Shown here: positions 1 through 6,692 of the stretch, piece by piece
Layout: every line of letters starts with the position of its first letter
How positions within the stretch are numbered: the stretch's first letter is position 1
Assembly (NCBI RefSeq): GCF_006345805.1
Contig: NW_021828818.1
Location: 1 to 7,613 of the forward strand
DNA: 7,613 bases
From: Octopus sinensis
Taxonomy: Eukaryota
Direction of reading: 5' to 3'
Program-made: the position numbers and the translations under genes
The notes under the pieces: model-generated
Databases searched by the model: none
Told to the model about the DNA's origin: nothing
What the model saw: only the letters and a program-made list of their open reading frames with translations

Positions 1-15
1 AAAGAATACGGGCGA

Positions 16-142
16 ACAACACAAAACACACACACACACACACCACCACACACACACACACACACACACCACACACACACACACACCACACACACACAAC
101 ACACACACACACACACACCACACCAACACAAATATATATATA
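16..142. repeat. Interrupted (CA)n microsatellite ending in a short (TA)n
   Basis: Read directly: ACACAC runs with occasional CC/AA slips, followed by ATATATATATA. Confidence 0.97.
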
Positions 143-238
143 CTGAGAGGAAGGTGTTGTATAAGAAATGTTGAAAATGGAAACAAAGTAGATTTAGAGA
201 TTTCCAAGATAAAAATGTATTGAGGCAATTGAAGATCG

Positions 239-365
239 TATGTATGTACGTTTGTGTGTATGTGTGTATGTGTGTATGTGTGTATGTTTGTGTGTATGTG
301 TGTATGTATGTATGTATGTATGTTTGTGTGTATGTGTGTACGCGCATTTGTGTGTGTTTGCGTGC
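239..365. repeat. Compound (TG)n/(TATG)n microsatellite
   Basis: Read directly: TGTATGTGTG and TATGTATG runs. Confidence 0.95.
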
Positions 366-385
366 GCAAGCTCTAAGCACCAGAT

Positions 386-735
386 AGATTTAGAGAAAGG
401 CGAGTGAGATAAGATCAAGAAAGTGAAACAACGAAAGAGGTTGGGGGAGAGAGAGAGAGAGAGAGTGTGAGAAAGAGTAAAAGTGTGTAAGAGGGAGAGT
501 AAAGGGTAGCGGAAAGAGAGAAGGGAATGTAAAAAGTGAAGAAAAAGAAAAGAGGAAGAAACGTGTGAATAGAAAAGAGAGAAAGAACAACAGAGATAGA
601 GAAAGTGAAGATGCAAGATGATGAAATAGGCCGAAAGAAGGGGGTTGCAAACATGAATAGAAAAGGGGATACGTGGAAAGAGATTCAGAGAAACTCAATG
701 ATGAAGGGGAGGGAGAGAGATAGAGAATTGATAGA
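386..735. repeat. Purine-rich (A/G) low-complexity tract with (GA)n core at 447-465
   Basis: Strong A+G strand bias; it produces the F/S/L-rich minus-strand ORFs at 194-698. Confidence 0.9.
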
Positions 736-753
736 TGTGGTTTAGATTGGTAG

Positions 754-968
754 ATATATCATATATATATAATATATATTATATATATAAGATTATATTA
801 TATATAATATATATATATATATAATATATATATTAATATATATATATATATATAGGATGGTGGATACGGAGATAGATGGATCGCGTAGATAAAAGACAGA
901 GAGAGACAGAGAGAAAGAGAAAGCGGCATATTGGTTATAGAGAGGGTATTCTGGAAATGGAGAGACAG
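754..968. repeat. Interrupted (TA)n (754-854) followed by GA/GATA-rich low-complexity sequence
   Basis: Read directly. Confidence 0.92.
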
Positions 969-987
969 ACGTACGATCAAGTTGGTT

Positions 988-999
988 CAAGATGGCAGC
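988..999 (+). promoter_or_regulatory. YY1/Pho-like motif CAAGATGGCAGC
   Basis: 11/12 match to the YY1 consensus CAAGATGGCGGC. Motif match only. Confidence 0.25.
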
Positions 1000-1086
1000 T
1001 CCAACAATATATTGGATTAAAACTGACGTAAACCATTATCCTTTTCTAAGACACACAGTCAGCTGGTTACCTTGTAAAGACGACTC

Positions 1087-1112
1087 TGTGTGTGTGTGTG
1101 TGTGTGTGTGTG
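1087..1112. repeat. (TG)13 microsatellite
   Basis: Perfect run read directly. Confidence 0.97.
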
Positions 1113-1282
1113 CATGTCGTTCTGTGTTGGTTAGTATCTCTGGATTTAGTAATGTTCCTTTAAATGTATGAATGCGCATTAATTTGTATGCGTATTTCAC
1201 AGTTGCCTGGCTGGTTCGTTGTTTTGTTTTTTATTATTTTTTTTTTTGTATTCAATGTGCGAGCGATTAACAAGCCTCCTTT

Positions 1283-1475
1283 CAATGGCGTAGCTAGAAT
1301 ATCATACTACCCAGGACAACCCTACAGTTTTCAGCCCGCCACCAACACCACAACCACAGAAGACTACACAATCTATCCGGGCTTATACAGCAGACCCCAA
1401 AGTGCCGAGACCCCTAAAACGTTCCCCTGGGCGGCCCATCTCCTTCGCTTCCCTGCTTCCCTGACTATGTCCCTG
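1283..1475. mobile_element. Probable decayed non-autonomous DNA transposon (hAT-type MITE), ~190 bp
   Basis: Left end CAATGGCGTAGCTAG; right end reads CAGGGACATAGTCAG on the minus strand (9/15 to the left end; both resemble CAGKGGCGTAGC-type termini). Flanking 8-mers CCTCCTTT and TCTGCTTC match 5/8. The left 68 bp recur at 1875-1942. Confidence 0.5.
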
Positions 1476-1506
1476 TCTGCTTCGCAATTGTGTAGTCCCC
1501 CAGCTA

Positions 1507-1609
1507 AGTCTCATAGCACGGTATCTTGGACGAATGTCTTTCATTGTATTTCCAGATCGAACCAAACCTCTCTAAGTAAAATTACGCAAACGGAATTTGT
1601 GTGGAAGCC
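1507..1609 (+). mobile_element. Old, diverged relative of the SINE at 2949-3376 (post-B-box/CORE-like region)
   Basis: By-eye alignment to 3001-3100: GTATCTTGGACGAATGTCTT vs GCATCTTGGGCAAGTGTCTT (16/20) and ACGGAATTTGTGTGGAAGCC vs ACGGAAACTGAAAGAATCC. Roughly 60-65% identical overall, mostly transitions. Confidence 0.55.
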
Positions 1610-1635
1610 TCTAGACTTGACTTTGTAATTCAAAA

Positions 1636-1690
1636 GTAAACACACCAGCATCGGTTGTCAAGCGATGTTGTGGGGACAAACACAGACACA

Positions 1691-1753
<63 letters not shown>

Positions 1754-1822
1754 GATGGGCTTCTTTCAGTTTCCATCTACCAAATCCACAAGGCTTACTT
1801 ACCACACAGCCACTCCTACGCC
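1636..1822 (-). mobile_element. Internally deleted, 3'-truncated copy of the tRNA-headed SINE family
   Basis: Minus strand reads GGCGTAGGAGTGGCTGTGTGGTAAGTA|AGCCTTGTGGATTTGGTAGATGGAAACTGAAAGAAGCCCATCG-(TA)n(TG)n-TGTTTGTCCCCACAACATCGCTTGACAACCGATGCTGGTGTGTTTAC. About 85-90% identical to the matching parts of 2949-3376. Confidence 0.92.
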
Positions 1823-1874
1823 TTCGTTCATTTTATATTTAGGGTGTCAATTACACAAATCTTCTTTACAATTA

Positions 1875-1942
1875 CATTGGCGTAGCTAAAGTATGGTACT
1901 ACCCGGGGCAACCCTACAGTTTTCCGCCCGCCACCAACACCA
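1875..1942 (+). mobile_element. Second copy of the MITE-like left end (direct repeat of 1283-1350)
   Basis: Ungapped alignment with 1283-1350: 60/68 identical. Confidence 0.85.
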
Positions 1943-1950
1943 TCTGTGAT

Positions 1951-2075
1951 TTTATTTTTGATCCCGAAAGGATGAAAGGCAAAGTCGACCTTGGCGGAAT
2001 TTGAACTCAGAACGGCTGAAATAACCGTTAAGCATTTCGACCAGGGTGCTAACGATGCTGCCATTTCGCCGCCTT
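1951..2075 (-). mobile_element. Second tRNA-derived SINE family, 3'-truncated (resembles the octopus OK/OR-type SINEs; family not verified)
   Basis: Minus strand reads AAGGCGGCGAAATGGCAGCATCGTTAGCA...GAGTTCAAATTCCGCCAAGGTCGACTTTGCCTTTCATCCTTTCGGGATC. Pol III A-box-like TGGCAGCATCG (2063-2053) and B-box-like GAGTTCAAATTCC (2008-1996). Confidence 0.85.
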
Positions 2076-2078
2076 CAG

Positions 2079-2124
2079 TAACAATAATAATAACAACATT
2101 ATCAACAACAAGAACAACAACAAC
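2079..2124. repeat. (AAT/AAC)n trinucleotide tract abutting the SINE head
   Basis: Read directly. Confidence 0.85.
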
Positions 2125-2345
2125 GAATCAATGATTAATTCCGAAAGACTAGATTTTTGTATAGTTAGGGGAACAATTTGCGGGCGATCGGTTGAGCAAC
2201 TCCCAAGTTTGCATGGTGAACATCCTTATAGGGTGGTGAGAGCCAGAAGAATTATAGAGAGGAAGAGATAGATAGAGTGAGAGAGAGAGAAAGAAAGAGA
2301 TTAGCTAACAGTTGACGGGTTCCTGATTACCAGAGAGCTTACGCT

Positions 2346-2358
2346 GTTGCTAGGCAAC
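2346..2358. promoter_or_regulatory. RFX X-box-like palindrome GTTGCTAGGCAAC
   Basis: Perfect 5-bp inverted arms GTTGC/GCAAC around a 3-nt spacer; fits the RFX-binding consensus GTTGCWWGGYAAC. Confidence 0.5.
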
Positions 2359-2460
2359 CAGACATTTGCGTTTACATTTTCGTGAGCTGAATACATACAT
2401 TAGTCTAGCAGTTGTCTCATCAGTGCTAGTGCGCATGACAACTAGAGGAGACATTTGCGT

Positions 2461-2467
2461 GTTTGTA

Positions 2468-2505
<38 letters not shown>

Positions 2506-2520
2506 TGTGTGTGTGTGTGT
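2461..2520. repeat. (TG)n microsatellite
   Basis: Read directly. A (GA)n tract at about 2255-2300 bounds the other side of the unique island. Confidence 0.95.
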
Positions 2521-2689
2521 TTGGGTATAGAAACGGGAAGGGGAGAAAAAAAAATAATTACTCAACATTCGTATAGTAACGTTTATTGGTTCAAAGTTGA
2601 TTATTCTCCGATCTGTCGCGTTGCTAATCTGAGTGTTTCACTATCTGCGATCCTTCAGCGATATAATATATGTTTATACATACATATAT

Positions 2690-2737
2690 GGTGCTGCTCA
2701 GCGTGGCTGCAACTGCATGGCTGAAGCGAATAAAAGA
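2690..2737 (+). mobile_element. Isolated, diverged 3' tail of the SINE family
   Basis: GGTGCTGCTCAGCGTGGCTGCAACTGCATGGCTGAAGCGAATAAAAGA aligns to 3314-3359 at 34/46 with one 2-nt gap; mismatches are mostly transitions. Confidence 0.7.
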
Positions 2738-2742
2738 AGACA

Positions 2743-2813
2743 TACTATATATAGATATATATATAATATTATATATATAATATATATATATATATATAGT
2801 ATATATATAAATG

Positions 2814-2879
<66 letters not shown>

Positions 2880-2948
2880 TATATATATATATATATCTAT
2901 GTATATATTTATATATATATATATATATATATCTACATACATACATAC
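2743..2948. repeat. Long interrupted (TA)n tract (~200 bp) ending in (TACA)n
   Basis: Read directly. Confidence 0.97.
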
Positions 2949-3376
2949 GAGTGGCTGTGTGGTAAGTAGCTTGCTAACCAACCAAAATGGTTCCGGGTTC
3001 AGTCCCCCTGCGTGGCATCTTGGGCAAGTGTCTTCTGCTATAGCCCTGGGCCGACCAATGCCTTGTGAGTGGATTTGGTAGACGGAAACTGAAAGAATCC
3101 TGTCGTATATGTAATATATATATATGTGTGGGTGTGTGTGTGTGTGTGTGTTGTGTGTGTATGTGTGTTTGTGTGTGTTGTCCCCCTAGCATTGCTTGGC
3201 AACCGATGCTGGTTGTGTTTACGTCCCGTAACTTAGCGGTTCGGCAAAAGAGAACGATAGAATAAGTACTGGGCTTACAAAGAATAAGTTCCGGGTTGTT
3301 TGCTCGACTAAAGGGTGCTCCAGCATGGCCACAGTCAAATGACTGAAACAAATAAAAGAATAAAAGAGTAAAAGAG
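2949..3376 (+). mobile_element. Near full-length tRNA-headed SINE with CORE-like segment, internal (TA)n(TG)n and 8-bp tandem tail
   Basis: A box TGGCTGTGTGG (2952-2962), B box GGTTCAGTCCC (2996-3006), CORE-like ATCTTGGGCAAGT, internal microsatellite at about 3106-3178, and tail AATAAAAG-AATAAAAG-AGTAAAAG (3351-3374). Flanked by TA-rich repeats on both sides. Homologous copies at 1636, 6247 and 6693. Confidence 0.93.
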
Positions 3377-3600
3377 TATATATATATATATTATATATAT
3401 ATATTTATATATGTATGCATGCATGTATGTATGTAATCCAGGTGACAATATGTGCGTGAATATATATATATGTATATGTGTATGTATATATATGTATGTA
3501 TATATATATATATACATACAGTCTTTTTTTCTTTTATTCTTTTATATGTATATATGTGTGTGTGTGTGTGTGTATGTATGTATGCATGTATGTAAGTAAA
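3377..3600. repeat. Mixed (TA)n/(TATG)n/(TG)n microsatellite field
   Basis: Read directly. Confidence 0.92.
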
Positions 3601-3740
3601 CATAGACACTTATTTATGTGCGAATCTTTACAAACACAAACATACACACCCGTTTATATACTCACAATTGTATTCACACACAGACAAATACAGAGATAAG
3701 TCGACACACTTATTCACACACAGACACAGATAGATATGAC

Positions 3741-4105
3741 ACCTGATGCAGACTTACTGTCCTACCTGTAATAACCAATGCAATGTGATAAGGAAACACA
3801 CCTGTTCACCTAACGTAGACTAACTTGTCTTCCTGTAATAATCAACTACACCGTCTGAGACATGATGTAGATGTACCTGTCTGCAGTAATAATAAATGTA
3901 AACGGGTAATGAGAAATACTTGTCCACTAACGCAGACAAGGATAAATACCTGTCTACCAACGTAGGTAGGTAGGTCTAACATCTGCCGCAGCCTTCCTTG
4001 TCTTAGTGTAATAACCAACAGACAACGGTAAGGAAACACCTGTCCGCCCACACTTTTTAATTTGATACCTGAAGTAGTCATACTTGTCTTAATGTACTAA
4101 TCACC
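3741..4105. repeat. Degenerate variable-length minisatellite, 5 units with a ~38-bp core
   Basis: Units start at about 3741, 3808, 3860, 3981 and 4067. Core is approximately ACCTGAYGYAGAC-NTACTTGTCT-NNNTGTAATAAYCAA, and several units continue with TAAGGAAACACCTGT-like blocks. Confidence 0.75.
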
Positions 4106-4292
4106 ACAAAGTTATTGCAATGGTGGGTGTATGTATGAATGGATCTGGAAAATCCTTAATTCTGTTCAAATACGCAAAACCTTGTCACAATGTCTGCGAC
4201 AAAATCCACCCGTTAGAATTTCTCACTTTTTAATTCAGTAATGTATCACGGTGGTCGTCATTTCAAAGTTATAGTATGAAACATATATATAT

Positions 4293-4476
4293 GGAGCAAT
4301 CTCGAGTATAACCAGCCGAAATTGCAAAGATAATCTGGAACTCGACTGAGGATTAAAAATAACTCCGAACGATCCGTCCTTGTTTCCTTGTATCGTCTGT
4401 CTGGATATTTTGTTTTCCTTTTTTAGTTTCACCTAACTGTCTGGATGTTATGCGTTCTTGTCCCATTTTTGTATTT
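4293..4476 (+). mobile_element. Repeat fragment between (TA)n tracts, probably a PLE terminal relic
   Basis: Sharp (TA)n boundaries, CTGAGGA core-like heptamer at 4346-4352, pyrimidine-rich 3' part, and an internal near-duplicate CTGTCTGGATRTTWTG (4397-4412 and 4437-4452). Family assignment is inferred. Confidence 0.45.
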
Positions 4477-4495
4477 TATATATATATATATATAT

Positions 4496-4633
4496 CTTTA
4501 TTTTCTCTCCTTGTTTCTTTCTCTGTTCCTTTCTGTGGAAGAGCGTAGGCTCGAAACGTTAATACATCTGTTTGTTGTCTACACCACCTGTCTCCGTCTT
4601 TTGTTTTTTGGGTTTTTTTGTGAATTCTCCCCC
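4496..4633 (+). mobile_element. Penelope-like element terminal (pLTR) relic between (TA)n tracts
   Basis: Pyrimidine tract, then a hammerhead-like motif (4533-4560), then a T-rich tail. Same layout as 6945-7152 and 7340-7613. Confidence 0.65.
4533..4560 (+). ncRNA. Degenerate minimal hammerhead-ribozyme-like motif
   Basis: CTGTGGA-A-GAGC-GTAG-GCTC-GAAAC-GTT. Perfect 4-bp stem II and palindromic AACGTT helix III; the core differs from CUGANGA at the invariant A6. Confidence 0.55.
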
Positions 4634-5010
4634 TATATATATATATATACTAATCGCCCTAAAAACTACGCACATACACTGGATTATGGCTGTCAGCTAG
4701 AACCGAAAGAGAAAGCTTTCGACAAAGGATTTTCCCATTTACATTTAAGTCAGGGGTGGGGGCGTTCTTGAAGTTTTTTCTGTTACTTATTGCTTGTTCG
4801 TTTTTTGTTTTTGTTTTTTTTTTCTCCTGACGTAATCAGTATTAGGTTGGTCATAACATTTCGTGCAATGTACCTTGAGTATGGTCAACACAAATCACAA
4901 GATGAAAAGAGCAAAGCATTAATGAAAGTAAAAAACAATATTAAATCAATTATACTCAGATGATTCCACTCAGAAGTTTCTTTATTATTCCTTATTAGGA
5001 ACTTAGTGAG

Positions 5011-5466
5011 ATTTCCAGATAACGCTCCGACCATGGAGCACTTTGACCAGTTGCCGTTTCGACCAAGTAACGCATCGATCTGATAACGCTCCAACTATAT
5101 TACGCCTTGACCAGGCAACTCTCCAAACATGGTATCACTTCGATTAGAAAAACGTTCGATGAGGTAACGCTTCAAAAAGGTAACAATTCGGCCAGGTAGT
5201 ACTTCGACTAGATAACGTAATGGTTAGGTAACATTTCGACACTAGACCAAGTAACTTTTCGATCAGGTAACATATCGACGATGCACCGCTTCAGACATAC
5301 AAGGCTTTGACCGAGTAACGCTTCGCTCAAGAAACGCTTTGGTTAAGAAACATTTCGACTTGGTATCACTTCGACCGAATTAACGTTTCAGCTAGGTAAT
5401 GTTTTGATTAAATAACATTTCAAATAGCAATCATTTCGACCAGGTACCACATTCTCCAGGTAATCT
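5011..5466. repeat. Degenerate 16-bp tandem array, 28 units, consensus about TTCGACCAGGTAACGC
   Basis: Parsed by hand. Nearly all units are 16 nt (e.g. 5058, 5155, 5203, 5258, 5306, 5435); two are 17 nt (5122, 5370) and one is 23 nt (5235). Confidence 0.9.
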
Positions 5467-6049
5467 ACTAAACCACAAATCTAAACACAGATATTTGCCA
5501 AGCGTTTGAACGAAATCTTCACCAACTAAATACTGCTGTTTTTCAACTTCTGCTATTGGAATCAACTAATTAAGTGCGCTGTTAAAGATCTGAGTATTTT
5601 GCCCTCAAGCAAAGCATATATCTCTTCTTAGCTCAGTCAACATAGCTGAAAATAGGCATCAATCTTATTTCGTGCTTGAGTAGTTAGCTTTAAGGCGGAT
5701 ATCCAAGTGTAAAACAGTTCGCCCAAACAAATCATACACGTGCTTGAATATGTAGAATCATATAACAAAATTTAGATGAATATAGAAGTGAAATTGAAAA
5801 AATAGAAATATTTTTTATATCTTCTTTTTAAATGCTTCAAAATTGAAAAATTGAAAAACTAAAACACGTTATTAAAAGTATGGCATTAACCATTTCAAGC
5901 GTAATAATGACTACTGCAGGCAAATACGCTAACTAAAAATAAAATCAAAGTATTTGTTAGGAATTAATTAATAATTCCAAAAACTACACCTTCTGGCGAA
6001 CACCATGCAGTGGCTTCTATATATAATAACTTTATTAAGCTGTGAATCC

Positions 6050-6057
6050 TGACGTCA
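6050..6057. promoter_or_regulatory. Full CRE palindrome TGACGTCA followed by ATTAATTA
   Basis: Exact CREB/ATF consensus in AT-rich unique sequence. Motif match only. Confidence 0.3.
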
Positions 6058-6246
6058 ATTAATTAGTTCCTGTAATTCTGCAAGAACAAGGACCGCCACA
6101 CACTAAATAGGAAACTATATACAAATATCTTTAATGTAAACCCTCGCAAATCCACATCCGCAGAACAAACAATAGAAGCTGCATCGCTCTCTAGCACAAG
6201 AGATCTTTTCCTTTTTGCGTTGTTTTTTAGTTTGTTTTTTTAAGCA

Positions 6247-6638
6247 TTTACTTGTTTCAGTCATGAGATTGCGGCCATGCTGGGGCGCCACCTTGCTGGG
6301 TTATAGTCGAACAAATCAACCCCAAGACTTAGTTTTCTTGCTTTTTTTTTTTTTTATTTTGTAAGCCTATTATTCTATCGGTTTCTTTTACCGAGAACCA
6401 CCAAGTTACGGGGACATAAACACATCAACATTGGTTGTCAACCCGTAGAGTGAAGGGACAAACACAGACACAAAGATATACACACATAGATATATACACA
6501 CATACACATGTATATATATATATATTATATATACTATATATATATATATATCAAAGTAGAAAGGATTTACCCAAGCTGCCACACAGTGGGACTGAACCTG
6601 GAGCCATGTGGTTGGGAAGTAAGCTTCTTACCACACAG
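6247..6638 (-). mobile_element. SINE family copy with 5' truncation, internal deletion and A-rich insertion
   Basis: Minus strand reads CTGTGTGGTAAGAAGCTTACTTCCCAACCACATGGCTCCAGGTTCAGTCCCACTGTGTGGCAGCTTGGGTAAAT, then (TA)n, then the 3' module ending CAGCATGGCCGCAATCTCATGACTGAAACAAGTAAA. Confidence 0.9.
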
Positions 6639-6692
6639 ATATTTAGATATCTCTCTAAATATAGATAGGTATCTATATTTATCTTTTATCAC

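Noticed and set aside
194-990. Minus-strand ORFs of 60-140 aa
   Set aside because: They are translations of GA-rich, TG and TA repeats (F/S/L, HT and YI runs) with no domain signal.
1164-1628. 154-aa + strand ORF, the longest in the window
   Set aside because: It runs across a T-tract, the MITE-like element and a SINE relic. No recognisable protein family, no splice support.
2403-2446. Possible pre-miRNA hairpin (AGTTGTC/GACAACT)
   Set aside because: Only about 7 contiguous pairs, far too short for a miRNA precursor.
2949-3020. tRNA gene
   Set aside because: A and B boxes are present but there is no complete cloverleaf, and it continues into SINE body. The same applies to 1996-2075.
1611-3699. 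Many ORFs with YIYI, CVCV or HTHT runs
   Set aside because: Stop-free microsatellites and SINE sequence.
3671-3726. 16-bp exact direct repeat TATTCACACACAGACA (3671 and 3711)
   Set aside because: Low-complexity CA-rich slippage duplicate with no further structure.
3842-4081. 79-aa ORF with repeated GQVF
   Set aside because: The peptide repeat simply mirrors the DNA minisatellite.
3741-4105. CRISPR-like repeat-spacer array
   Set aside because: Repeats are degenerate, spacers vary widely and reuse the same sub-motifs, the context is eukaryotic and there are no cas genes.
4752-4765. G-quadruplex
   Set aside because: Only two G-runs.
4790-4930. Possible exon after a polypyrimidine tract and CAG (4837-4839)
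   Set aside because: The candidate donor is weak, the peptide is unrecognisable, and the start is better explained as a mariner-like TIR.
5011-5466. CRISPR array or coding repeat
   Set aside because: Units are contiguous with no spacers, and the 16-nt period breaks the reading frame.
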